Assembly: GCA_047602405.1 (NCBI GenBank)
Contig: JASGHJ010000002.1
Span: 736,001 to 800,000, forward strand
DNA: 64,000 nt
Reading direction: 5' to 3'
DNA from: Anaeromyxobacteraceae bacterium
GTDB taxonomy: Bacteria; Myxococcota; Myxococcia; Myxococcales; Anaeromyxobacteraceae
A model generated the notes under the pieces. The model searched no databases and was not told the DNA's origin. It saw only the letters and a program-made list of their open reading frames with translations. The translations under genes and the position numbers were made by a program. This document shows positions 21,856 to 32,985 of this stretch, in pieces. How positions within the stretch are numbered: position 1 is the first letter of the stretch; every line of letters begins with the position of its first letter.

Positions 21856-22967
21856 GGCGTCGCCTCGGCCGAGGCCTCCTCGCGCGACCCCCTGGCGACG
21901 GGCAGGGCGACGTGGACCGTGGTGCCGTGCCCGACGGTGGAGGTCGCCCAGATCCTCCCGCCGTGTGCCTCGACCAGCAGGCGCGAGATGTAGAGCCCGA
22001 GGCCGAGCCCCTCCTTCTCGCTCGCCCCGCGGGCGCGGAAGTACTTCCGGAAGACGTTCGGGAGCTCGTCGGGGGCGATCCCCGGCCCTTCGTCCGCGAC
22101 GGTGAGCACCACGCCCGAGGGCGCCCGCGCGGCGCGCACCGTGACCGGGGTCGCGGGCGGCGCGTACTTGAGCGCGTTCGAGAGCAGGTTCACGAGCACC
22201 CGCTCGAGCCGGAGGGGGTCGGCCTGCAGGACCGGGAGCCCCGGCGCGAGCTCGAGCCGGACCCGCTCCGGATCCGACGTGCCCGGGAGGCGCTCGCGGA
22301 GGTCGGCGGCGAGGCGCCCGAGATCGACCGGCTCGCGTGCGAGCGCCACGTGGCCGGACTCGAGGCGCGCGACCTCCACGAGGTCCTCGAGCATCGCCGC
22401 CGCCGACCGCACGCTCGCGCCGATCGTGGTCGCCCGCCGCACGACGTCGGGGGCGACGCCGGGGGTCTGCTCCAGCACCCGGGCGCTCATCGCGATCACC
22501 GAGAGCGGAGAGCGCAGGTCGTGCGCGAGCGAGCGCACGAGGTCCTCGCGCTGCTCCTCGGTGCGCTCGAGCTGGATGGCCTGCGCGCGCAGCCGGGCGT
22601 AGGCGCGGCGGAGCGAGCCCCCGATCCACGCGACGAGCACGCCGGTGGCGGTGAACCCCACGAGCCCGGCGAGCTCGTGCGGGTTCGCGATGGCGAAGGA
22701 GCCCCGCGGCGCCAGGTAGTCGTACGCGTACCCCGACCCGAACAGCACCGCCCCGAGCGCGCCGTAGCGGGTCCCGGCGGCGACGGCCGCGCCCGAGATC
22801 GCCACGAACGCGACGAAGTAGTAGGGCCGCCCGAGCCAGGGCTCCAGCCATCCGACCGCCGCCAGCCCGAGCGCCACCAGGAGCGTCGTGAGCGCCGATC
22901 GTCCCACCGCGCGGATCGCGGGCGGCGCACGGTCGAGCGCGAGGAGGGGCCCTGACGAGAGGGGCAC
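21852..22967 (-). CDS. Membrane sensor histidine kinase (DUF4118-type TM region)
   Basis: 4 TMs; AHDLRSPL, NLLSNALKY, DEGPG, GLGLGL. Confidence 0.9.
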   Translation of the reverse strand: MPLSSGPLLALDRAPPAIRAVGRSALTTLLVALGLAAVGWLEPWLGRPYYFVAFVAISGAAVAAGTRYGALGAVLFGSGYAYDYLAPRGSFAIANPHELAGLVGFTATGVLVAWIGGSLRRAYARLRAQAIQLERTEEQREDLVRSLAHDLRSPLSVIAMSARVLEQTPGVAPDVVRRATTIGASVRSAAAMLEDLVEVARLESGHVALAREPVDLGRLAADLRERLPGTSDPERVRLELAPGLPVLQADPLRLERVLVNLLSNALKYAPPATPVTVRAARAPSGVVLTVADEGPGIAPDELPNVFRKYFRARGASEKEGLGLGLYISRLLVEAHGGRIWATSTVGHGTTVHVALPVARGSREEASAEATP

Positions 22968-23060
22968 GGCCCAAAATCTACCCGCTCGTCCCGCCGCGTG
23001 TCCCGGTCGTCCGGGGCGTCCCGATCCGTGCCCTCCGATCGTGCACCGATCGTGAGCGGC

Positions 23061-25170
23061 TCAGCGCAGCTTCGACCAGAGGAACGCGTAGGCGAGCGCT
23101 CCCATGTGCGCCGCCTGCCTGTTGTTCGCCGCCCCGCCGTGGCCGCCCTCGACGTTCTCCCAGTAGAGGACGTCGTGCCCGGCCTCGAGCATCCGCGCCG
23201 CCATCTTGCGGGCGTGTCCGGGGTGGACGCGGTCGTCGCGCGTGCTCGTCATGAAGAGCGACCGGCGGGTACCGCACCCCGGGCCGGAGGTTGTGATACG
23301 GCGAGAACGTCCGGATGAAGGTCCACTCCTCCGGCACGTCCGGGTCGCCGTACTCGCCCATCCAGCTCGCGCCGGCGAGGAGGTGCGAGTAGCGCTTCAT
23401 GTCGAGGAGCGGGACCTGGCAGACCACCGCGCCGAAGAGCTCGGGGCGCATCGTCAGCGCGTTGCCGACGAGGAGCCCGCCGTTCGAGCCGCCCTGGATG
23501 CCGAGGTGCGCGGGTGAGGTCACGCCGCGGCGCGCGAGGTCCTCGGCCACCGCGAAGAAGTCCTCGTAGGAGCGGGGGCGGTTGGCCTTCAGCGCGGCCT
23601 GGTGCCAGCGCGGCCCGAACTCGCCGCCGCCCCGGATGTTGGCGACGACGTACACGCCGCCGCGCTCGAGCCAGCTCGCGCCGACGCCGGGCCGGTAGGA
23701 CGGCTGCTCGGGGATCTCGAAGCCGCCGTAGCCGTAGAGCAGGGTGGGGTTCTTGCCGTCGAGGGCGAGCCCCTTCCGCGAGACCTGGAAGTACGGCACC
23801 CGGGTGCCGTCCCTCGAGACCACCTCGTGCTGCGTGACCTCGAGCCCGGCGGTGTCGAAGAAGGCGGGGAGCTGCTTCAGCCGGCCGGCGGGCCCCCGGC
23901 CCGCGGTGCCGCGCGAGAGGGCGGTCGGGGTGAGGAAGTCGGTGACCGTGAGCCAGTAGTCGTCGCTCGTCTCCTCGTCCACCGCCTTCACGCCGATGGC
24001 CGCGAGGCCGGGGAGGCCGGGGAGGGGCGCGCGCCTCCAGGCGCCCTTCCCGGGCGTGAGCACCGTGACCCGGTTGCGCACGTTGTCGAGCTCGGTGACG
24101 AGCACGTGGTGACGGGTGGTCGCGTAGCCGTCGAGCGAGCGCCGCTCCGAGGGCTCGAACAGGACGTCGAGCTTGCGGTCGCCGGCGAGGAACTTCTCGA
24201 GGTCGACGGCGACGAGCGCGCCCGCCGGGTAGGTCCGGCCCCCGGTGGCCCAGTCGTCCCGCAGGGTGAGGAGGAGGCGCTCCCGCCACACGTTCGCGTT
24301 CGCGGAGTCGGGCTTCTCGATCTTCACGAGCTTCTCGCCGCGTACGAGGTACAGCTCGTTCGTGAAGAAGGTGAGCCCGCGCTGCACGAGGTCGCGCTCG
24401 AAGCCCTTCGTGGGATCGTGGAAGCCGCTCACCGAGACGTCGCCGGGCTGGCCCTCGAAGAGCGTCGTGGCGGAGGCGAGCGGCGTGCCGCGCCGCCAGC
24501 GCTTCACGACCCGTGGGTAGCCGGAGCTGGTGAGCGTCCCCGGCCCGAAGTCGGTGCCCACGAGGAGCTCGTCCGGCCCGGCCCAGGCGACGTCGCTCTT
24601 CGCCTCCGGCAGGGCGAACCCGTCCTTCACGAAGGCCTTCGCCACGAGGTCGAACTCGCGCACCACGCTGGCGTCGCCGCCGCCGCGCGAGAGCGAGAGG
24701 AGGCAGCGCCGGAACCCGGGCCGCTGGCAGGTGGCCCCGTGCCAGACCCAGCTCTCCTTCTCCGCGTCGGCGAGCGCGTCGAGGTCGAGCACCGTCTCCC
24801 ACGCCGGGGCCGCCTTCCGGTACTCGGCGAGGGTGGTGCGCCGCCAGAGGCCGCGGGGGTTCCTCGCGTCGCGCCAGAAGTTGTAGAGCCGGTCTCCGAG
24901 CTGCTCGACGGCGGGGATGCGCTCCTTCGAGTCGAGGATCGAGAGGATGCGCGCCTCGCTGGCCGCGAAGTCGCCCTGCTCGAGGACCTTCGCGCTGTCG
25001 GCGTTCCGCGCCTTCACCCACCCGAGCGCGCGGTCGCCGAGCACGTCCTCGAGCCAGAGGTACGGGTCGTCCGGGGCCTGGGCGGGGGCCGGGGTGGCGC
25101 TCGCGGGGGTCGTGGGGGCGGGGTCGGTGGCGGTCACGGCGAGGGCGAGGACCAGGGGCAGGGTGGGCAT
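23061..25170 (-). CDS. Prolyl oligopeptidase (S9A), secreted; +1 frameshift near 23260
   Basis: DDPYLWLE, YGYGGF, GGSNGG (Ser); after the shift DDRVHP (Asp) and GGHG (His). Confidence 0.92.
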
Positions 25171-25265
25171 GAGGGCTCCGGGGACCACGGGGCGGGCATG
25201 CTACCGCGCCGGGCGCCGGTCCGGGGAGTGGCCCTCGCGTGCCGGGTTGGCCAGGGTGCCTCCGC

Positions 25266-28200
25266 ATGCCCCGCCGCCTCGCGCTCCTCCCTCCGCTCCT
25301 CGCCGCCCTCTCCGCCTGCGGCCATGGCGCGGAGAACGCACACGCCGACCGGCGGGCGCGGGACCTCGACGAGCTCTCGGCCCTGTGGAGCTGCTACCGG
25401 TACACGCACCTCGAGGAGGGCCGGGTGGTGGCCCACGACGAGGGCGGCATCACGACGTCCGAGGGGCAGGCGTACGCCATGCTCCGCGCGGTGTGGTCGG
25501 GGGACCGCCCCACCTTCGACGAGGTCTGGCGCTGGACGCGGGAGCACCTGCAGGTGCGCGACGACCACCTCCTGGCCTGGCGCTGGAAGGGGGCCGTGCT
25601 CGACCGGCACGCCGCCACCGACGCCGACCAGGACGCCGCCCTCGCGCTCGTGCTCGCCTCCCGCCGGTTCGGGGAGGCGCGCTACCTCGAGGAGGCGCGT
25701 CGCATCCTCGCGGATTCTCTGGGCCCGCACGGTGGTGTCGGCGGGCGGCCGGCGTCTGCCCACCGGCGGCGACTGGGCCCCGGCGGAGCGCTATCCGACG
25801 GTGCACGTCGCCTACCTCGCGCCCTACGCGTACGAGGTCTTCGCGGAGGTGGATCCCCGTCGTCCGTGGCGCGAGCTCGTCCGCGGGTCGTACGACGTGC
25901 TCCGGTTCCTGTACCTCGAGAAGGGCTACGTGCTCCCGCCCGAGCGGATCTGGGTGGACCCCCGCACGGGCGCGCTCCTCACCGCGCGCCCCGGCTCGGG
26001 CGAGCCCCTGCAGGCCTTCTCCTACGACGCCGTGCCGATCTTCTGGAGGGTCGCGCTCGACGCGCGGTGGTTCGGTCGCCGGGGCGAGGCGGACCTGCGG
26101 GCGCGGATGCTCGCGTTCCCGCGCGAGGCCTTCCGGGACGAGGGGCGGCTGCGGGATCGGTACTCGCCGAACGGGCTGCCCCGCTCCGCGCTGGACGGGC
26201 TGCCGCACCTCGCCTCCGTGCAGGCGCTGGCCGCGGTGGAGGACCCGGCGTTCGCGGCCCGCCTCCGCGAGGCCCGGCTCGACGGGCTGTTCACCGCCGC
26301 GGTCGCGGGAGGGGACACCCCGTACTACCTGCACAACTGGCTCTGGTTCGGCCGGGCGCTGGAGCTCGGGGTCACGCGCCGCTTCGACGAGCGCCTGGGG
26401 TTCCTGACCCTCGCGGACTGGACCCCGCTCCTCGAGGGCCTCCCCTGGGCGGCCTGCGCCGTCGCGCTCGCCCTCCTCCCCTTCGCCCGGCGGTTCGCCC
26501 TCGCCCGCGGGGCGTTCCTCGCCGTCGCGCTCGGCCTCTCGATCCGGTACCTCGCCTGGCGCGCCGCGGAGACCCTGAACTTCGTCGAGCCGCTCGGCCC
26601 GCTCATCAGCCTCGCGCTGCTCGGCGCGGAGCTCTACGCGCTCTCCACCGTGGTGCTCCTCGCCGTCCAGGTCGGGCTCCGGCGCCGCGCCCGGCCCGCT
26701 CCGCCCCCCCTCGCGCCGGACGAGCCGCACCCGACGGTGGACGTGCTCGTCCCGATCTACTCCGAGTCGCTCGAGATCCTGGACCGGACGCTCACCGCGT
26801 GCGCGGCGCTGCGCTGGCCGGCGAAGACGGTCTGGGTGTGCGACGACTCCCACCGCGAGGAGGTCGCCCGGCTCGCCGCGGAGCACGGCGCGCGCTACCT
26901 GCGAGGCCCGAAGCGCCACGCGAAGGCGGGCAACCTGAACGCGGCGCTGCAGGTGACCTCCGGCGAGCTCGTCGCGATCTTCGACACCGACCACGTCCCG
27001 GTCGCGGCCTTCCTCGAGCGGACCGCGCCGCACTTCCGCGACGGGCGGGTGGGCTTCGTCCAGACCCCGCACCACTTCTCGAACCCGGACGTGTTCCAGC
27101 GGGCGCTGGTCGCGCCGGCGGCGGTCCCCAACGAGGCCGACCTCTTCAACCACGCCATCCAGGCCGGGCGGGACCGCTGGGGGGGCGCGTTCTTCGTGGG
27201 GAGCGGCGCGGTCTTCCGCCGGGCCGCGCTCGCGTCGGTCGGCGGGTTCCAGCTCCTCTCGATCACGGAGGACATCCACACGAGCCAGAAGCTGCACGCG
27301 AAGGGCTGGCGGTCGGCCTTCGTGGACGAGGACCTCGCGGTGGGGCTCTCGGCGGAGGGGCTCGCGTCGTACCTCGTGCAGCGCCGCCGGTGGATGCTCG
27401 GCTGCCTCCAGAATCTTCTTCCGCGACAACCCGCTGCTCGAGCGCGGGCTGCCGCTGCGCCACCGGATCGGCTACTTCGCCTCGCTCTGGTACTTCTTCT
27501 TCCCGCTGGCGCGGGTCGTGTTCTTCGCGACGCCGCTCCTCTACCTGTACTTCCACCTCCACCCCATCTTCGCGGACCTCCCGGTCCTGCTCGCCCACCT
27601 GCTCCCGCACCTCGGGGCCTCCGCGCTCGCCGCGAGCGTGCTCGTGCCGGGCTGGCCGCGGGCGCTGTGGGGGTCGCTCTACGAGGCCGCGGTCGCGTTC
27701 CCGCTCGCCCGGGCCACCCTCGACCTCGTCCTGCCGAAGACCCTCGCGTTCAAGGTGACGCCGAAGGGCGTCGTGACCGACCGGCGGCGCTTCGACGTCG
27801 CGTCCTCCCGCCTCACGCTCCTCGCCGCGGCGGTCACGCTGGGCGGGATCCTGAAGGGCGCCTTCGAGCTCGCGGCCTTCGGGATCGAGGTGGAGGCCTA
27901 TGCCTTCAACCTCGCGTGGGCCGGGGCGGGCCTGGCGGGGCTGCTCGGCGCCCTGCTGGTGGCGTGGGAGCGCCCGCAGCGGCGCGCCGACGAGCGGCTC
28001 GCGCGCCGCGTCCGCGTCGTGCTGGAGCACGGCGGCCTCGCGGCGGAGGCCGAGACCGTGGATCTCTCCACGACGGGCGCCCGCGTCGCCCTGCCCGCGG
28101 GGGCCGCGCTCCCGCCGCGCCTCCGGGTGGCCTTCGCGGACGCGCCCGGGCTCCGGATCACGGCGCGGGTCGCCTGGCGGGAGGCGGCGCGCGGCGGGAT

Positions 28201-28669
28201 CGAGGCCGGGCTCGCCTTCGAGGGTGCGGGCGCCGTGGAGCGGCGCGCCCTCGCGCGGCTCGCGTACTCGGCGGACGGCGCGCTCGCGGGTGCGCACGGG
28301 GCGCGCGCGCGCACGCCGCTCGGGATGGCGTGGCACTTCGTGGCCGGCCTCGTGCGGGCGCTCCGGTCCGGCCGCGGGCGGCGGAGGCTGGAGGCGAGGC
28401 GGCTCCGTCCGCGCCTCGCCCGCTGGGTCGGCCCCGGCGGCGCGCGCCGGGTCCTGCTCCTCGACGCCTCGGCGGGCGGCCGCGGCGCGCTCTTCCTCGG
28501 CGGGGCGCCCGCGCCCGGCGAGGCGCTGCCGCTCGTGGAGCGCGCCGGCGTGCGCGCCACCCGCGTCGCGTACGCGCGGCGGCTCCTGCCCGGGCTGTGG
28601 CGGGTGGGGCTCGCCTTCCCGCCCGGTCCGCTCGCGCCCGCCCGGCCGCGTGCCTACGTTGCGGCGTGA
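25266..28669 (+). CDS. bcsA: Lipoprotein GH8 endoglucanase - BcsA-type GT2 synthase - tandem PilZ fusion; +1 frameshifts near 25715 and 27412
   Basis: Lipobox LSAC; GH8 TTSEGQAYAM, ATDADQD, SYDA; GT2 CDD, HAKAGNLN, FDTDH, FFVGS, TED, QRRRW; gating loop FKVTPKG; PilZ RRADER...DLSTTG and a second RLEAR...DASAGG. Confidence 0.85.
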
Positions 28670-30760
28670 ACCGCTCCACCGCCGCCCGGGCCGTCGTGGT
28701 CGCACTCGTCGTGAGCGGGGCGCCCGCCAGCCCGCGCGCCGGCCTCGCCGAGGGGTGGTACCTCGCGCGGGGCCGCGCCAACCTGGAGATCGCGAACTAC
28801 GCCGCCGCGGTCGAGGCCTTCAAGAAGGCGCTCGAGCACGATCCCGGCAACCGGGAGGCGTCGCGCTCGCTCGGGATCGCCCTGCAGCGCAACGGCGAGA
28901 CCGACGCGGCCGTGGCCCAGTACGGCCGCCACCTGGAGCGCTTCCCGGACGACGCCGAGATCGCGTTCGCCCTCGCGCGGGTGCTGCAGTGGTCCCGCTA
29001 CGCGTACCGGTCGGCCGACGCCGTCCGCTACCTGCGGCTGGGCCTGAGGTCCCGGGAGGACCCCGCCCGGCGGCGCGAGCTCGCGCGCCTGCTCGCCCGG
29101 GACCCCGCCACCCGCGACGAGGCCGTCGAGAGCTACCGGCGGCTCCTCGCGGCGGCCCCGGGGGACGCGGCGCTGCGCGAGGAGTACCTGAAGCTCCTCC
29201 TGTGGGATCGGCGGCGCCGCGGCGAGGCGATCGCCGAGCTGGAGCGCCGCACCGCCGAGGCGCCGGGCGACGAGCGGCTCTCGCGGGAGCTCGCGCGCCT
29301 CCTCGCGGAGGACCCCCGGCGCGCGGACGAGGCGGCGCGGCGCTACGCGGCGCTCGTGGCGGCCCACCCGGACGATCCGGAGCTCCGCCTCGGTCGGGCG
29401 CGCGCGCTCGCGAGGCTCGGCCGGCGCGACGAGGCGCTCGTGGACTACGGCCGGGCGGTCGCCGCGCGGCCGGCGTGGATCGACGCGCGGGTCGAGCAGG
29501 CGGACCTCCTCGCCGCCGAGCCGGAGGGGCGGGAGGCTGCGCGCCGCGCGTACGAGGGCGTGCTCCGGGAGGCCCCCGGCAACCGGCGGGCCCGGGTCGG
29601 GCTCGCGCGGGTCCTCGGCGCGCGCAAGGAGACGGCGCCCGACGCCATCCGCGCCTACGAGGCGGTGCTCCGCGAGGCGCCGCGCGACGCGGAGGCCCAC
29701 GGGGGCCTCGCCCGCGCCTACGCCTGGGAGGGCGACCCGGACCGGGCGCTCGTTCACGCCGCGGCCGCGCGCCGGCTCGGCCCCGACCGGGCGGACCTCG
29801 CGGCCCTGACCCAGGCGCTGCGGGAGGGCCGCGAGCCCGCGCTGGGCGGCGGCGTCCGGGTGCTGTCGCAGCTCGGCGCAGGGGCCTCGGCGCTGGAGCG
29901 CGTGGGGGGGCTCGTCCAGGGCGAGCTCGAGCCGACGCCGTTCACGCGCGCGGAGAGCGAGGTGGGCTGGGCCGAGGCGCGCGGGCCCGCGGGCGCCCGT
30001 GCGGCCGGGGCGATCGCGGCGGGTGCCCTCACCGTCCGGCCCGGGGACGAGGTCCGGCTGCGCCTGGGGCTGTCCTGGGATGGGCTGCGCCTCGGGGGGC
30101 GGCTCGGCGGGGAGGTGGGGCTCGCGCGCCCGCTCGACGCGGGGGAGCTCGCGCTCCGCGCCGTGCGCCAGGCGAGGACCGACTCCTACCGGGCCTACGC
30201 GGGCGAGCGGCTCGCGGGAGGCGGGCTCGCCGGCGGCGCCTCGGAGAGCTACGCGGAGGTGCGCCTGCGTCGAGGGGGTGACGCGACCTTCGAGGTCGCG
30301 GCGCGCGCGGGGGCGATCGACGCCGAGGGTACGCCGGCGACGCTCCTCGCGGGCGCGAGCGCGCGGGCGGGGCGCATCCTCCTGGGAGGGCCCCGGTTCG
30401 GCCTCGGCGTGGCGCTCGCCGGGGTGGCGCTCCACCACGGCCGCCGCCTCGACGCCGGCGCGCTGGACGGGCGCGGCCCCGGGCTCTTCTCGCCACCCGC
30501 TCTTCGGGAGCGCGTCTCCCCGGCTCACGCTCGCGCTCGACGGGGGGACGGCCGGATGGCTCTCGGTCGACGCGGGGCCCTCGGCCCAGTGGACGGCGGG
30601 CCCGGGAGGAGCGGTGCGCCTGGGGGGCGATGCCGCGCTCTCCGGGGCGTGGCGCCTCGCCGGGCCGCTGCGGCTCTCCGGCGCGCTGCGGGCCGAGCGC
30701 GTCGCCGCGGTCTACACCCGGTTCGAGGCGTCGGCCTCGCTGGCGGTGCTGTTCCCGTGA
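28666..30760 (+). CDS. TPR-repeat protein with C-terminal beta-barrel-like region (BcsC-like export protein); +1 frameshift near 30497
   Basis: GTGA coupling; signal peptide; many TPR units (ALEHDPGN, AAHPDDPE, REAPGN); then Gly-rich alternating strands ending LAVLFP. Confidence 0.72.
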
Positions 30761-32010
30761 GCGCGGCCCGGTGCACGACGCTCGCGGCGCTCGTCGCCTC
30801 TCCGCGGCCAGCCGCGGAGGCGCTCGCGATCGGGGCCGCGCTGGCCCGGGCGGTCGAGGAGCTGCACCGCGCCGGCGAGGTCCACGGCGCGCTCCACCCG
30901 GGCGCCGCGGAGCTCGGGGCGGAGGGGGTGGTCGTCCTCGCCGCGGCGCCCGCCGCCGGCGCCCCGCTCGCGCCGGAGCGCGCACCCGCGCTGCCGTTCG
31001 CCGCGCCCGAGGTGCTCCGGGGGAGCCGGCCGGGGAGGCCGGCCGACGTCTTCTCGACGGCCGCCGTCATCCACGCGCTCCTCGCCGGCTCGCCCCCGTT
31101 CGGCGCGGGCGAGCCGCTCGCGATCGTGCACCGGATCCTGTACGGCCGGCCGGTCCGCGCCGGCGCGCTCCCGCCCGGCCCCGATCGCGCGGGACAGGCC
31201 GCGCTCGCGGCGGCCCTGTCTCGGCGCCCGCGCCGGCGCCCGACCGCGCGGGTCCTGGCGGCCGCGCTCGAGCGCGCGCTCGAGTCGGGCGCGCCCCACG
31301 CCGCCGCGCCGCACGCCGCCGCGCCCCACGCCGCCGCGCCCCACGCCGCCGCGCCCCACGCCGCCGCGCCGCACGCCGCGGTGCCGCACGCCGACGCGCC
31401 GGCCGGGAGGCCACGTCGCGCCACCGCGCTCGCGAGGGCCGCCGCGGCCCGCGTGCGCGCGGCGCTCCCGCCGCTCCCTCCCTTCCCGCGGCCCCCCCGC
31501 CTGCGGGCCGCCGGCGCGCTCGGCGTGATCGGCGCGGCCGCGCTGCTCTTCGCGGCGATCGGCGCGTTCGTGCTCGGGGGCGGCATGGGGCTGCGGTCCC
31601 GGGTGGAGGCGCTCGTCGCGCGCGGCGAGCTCGCCCGCGCGCGGCAGCTGCTCGAGGCCGCCGGCCCCGATGACGACCCGGTCGTCGAGAAGCTCCGGGG
31701 AGATCTCGCCTGCGCCGAGGGCCGACCCGCGGACTGCCTGCGCCGCTACCGCGCCGCGCTCGGCGGGAGGCCCGAGCTCCGCGCGGACGGGTTCGTGCGC
31801 GCGAACACCGTCCGGCTGCTGGACGGCGCGCAGCCCTGCGCCGTCCGCCGGGCGGCGGCCCTGCTGCTCGTGGAGGTCCGGGACCCCGCGGCGCTGCCCG
31901 CGCTCGAGCGCGCGCGCCGGTCGGCGGGCCTCCTCGCGATCTTCTGCGAGGGGGACGCCCTCGATCGTGCGCTCGTCGCGACCCGGGCCGAGGCGCGGCA
32001 GCCGCGCTAG
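30757..32010 (+). CDS. Degenerate Ser/Thr kinase C-lobe + (APHAA)n linker + TM + TPR/HEAT-like domain
   Basis: GTGA coupling; LHRAGEVHGALHP, FAAPE, ADVFS, LLAGSPPF, RRPTA; no GxGxxG, VAIK, HRD Asp or DFG. Confidence 0.7.
   Translation: MSAARCTTLAALVASPRPAAEALAIGAALARAVEELHRAGEVHGALHPGAAELGAEGVVVLAAAPAAGAPLAPERAPALPFAAPEVLRGSRPGRPADVFSTAAVIHALLAGSPPFGAGEPLAIVHRILYGRPVRAGALPPGPDRAGQAALAAALSRRPRRRPTARVLAAALERALESGAPHAAAPHAAAPHAAAPHAAAPHAAAPHAAVPHADAPAGRPRRATALARAAAARVRAALPPLPPFPRPPRLRAAGALGVIGAAALLFAAIGAFVLGGGMGLRSRVEALVARGELARARQLLEAAGPDDDPVVEKLRGDLACAEGRPADCLRRYRAALGGRPELRADGFVRANTVRLLDGAQPCAVRRAAALLLVEVRDPAALPALERARRSAGLLAIFCEGDALDRALVATRAEARQPR
31291..31395 (+). repeat. 15-bp tandem repeat x7 encoding APHAA
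   Basis: GCGCC(C/G)CACGCCGCC units read directly; last two diverged. Confidence 0.95.
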
Positions 32011-32900
32011 CCGCGGCGCCGGAAGGCGCGCGGGGAGGCCTGGGCCAGCCGGCGGAAGGTCGCCGAGAAGTGGCTCGGGGTCGAGAACCCCGTCCGGAGC
32101 GACACCTCGGTGATCGACAGGGCCGGGTCGAGGAGGAGCTCCTTCGCCCGCGCGATCCGGGCGTCGAGCACGTACCGGTGCGGGCTCGAGCCGGTGAGCT
32201 GCTTGAAGGCGCGGGCGAAGCGGAAGACGTCCATCCCGGCGATCCGGGCGAGCTCCGGCAGGGTGAGCGGGTCGGTCAGGTGCGCGCCGATGTGGTCGAT
32301 GACCCGGTGGAGCCGCGTGCTCCGGCGGCGCCCGCCGGACGGCGGGTGCGCCGGCCTGCGCCGGCTGCGCTCGCAGAGGTGGCCGACGAGGGCGCTCGCG
32401 AGCTGCTCGGCGCGGTGCGAGCCCGTGGTGCCGGCGCGCGCCTCCGCGTCGAGGGCGAGCAGGACGTGCTCGGCGAACTCGTCGCGGGCCGAGAGGGAGG
32501 GCTGGAGCGGCTCGAGCCCGGGCGTCGCGGCGACCACCCGCTCCACGAGCTCGGGCGAGAGCTCGACGTACAGGACCTCGCCCGCGCCGTGCATGCGCAC
32601 GGAGTGGGGCACGCGCGCGGGCCACACGGCGACCGTACCCCGCGGGCAGACCGCGCGCGCCCACGCGCTGCCGCCCCACTTGACCTCGATGACCCGCTCG
32701 CCGGAGAGGGTGAGCGTGACGAGGTGGTTGACGAGGAAGCCTTCGCTGAGCGTGAAGTCCCCGACGTGGAGGCGGGCCGCCCCGACGCCCTTCCACATCC
32801 GCGTGAACGCGGGCCGGCCGAACCCCATGTCCGTCGAGTACTCGAGGACGCCCTGGGGCCCCACGCGCGAGAAGAAGGTCTCCCTGGGCGGGCCAGCCAC
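32007..32900 (-). CDS. AraC-family transcriptional regulator
   Basis: LTLPELARIAGM..FRFARAFKQLTGSSPHRY...SITEVSLRTGFSTPSHFS; start uncertain (32900, 32828 or 32984). Confidence 0.88.
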   Translation of the reverse strand: MAGPPRETFFSRVGPQGVLEYSTDMGFGRPAFTRMWKGVGAARLHVGDFTLSEGFLVNHLVTLTLSGERVIEVKWGGSAWARAVCPRGTVAVWPARVPHSVRMHGAGEVLYVELSPELVERVVAATPGLEPLQPSLSARDEFAEHVLLALDAEARAGTTGSHRAEQLASALVGHLCERSRRRPAHPPSGGRRRSTRLHRVIDHIGAHLTDPLTLPELARIAGMDVFRFARAFKQLTGSSPHRYVLDARIARAKELLLDPALSITEVSLRTGFSTPSHFSATFRRLAQASPRAFRRRG

Positions 32901-32985
32901 GAGGGGACCGTAGCGGAGCCCCGATGGGGCGGCAAGCGCGCGTGGCCCCGGGGGTCGGACACGAGGGGTAGGCTCCGGGCGCATG

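Noticed and set aside
23602..32010. 2802-aa ORF as one giant protein
   Set aside because: A stop-poor GC-rich frame that strings together antisense of the peptidase gene, parts of three real genes and off-frame segments created by frameshifts.
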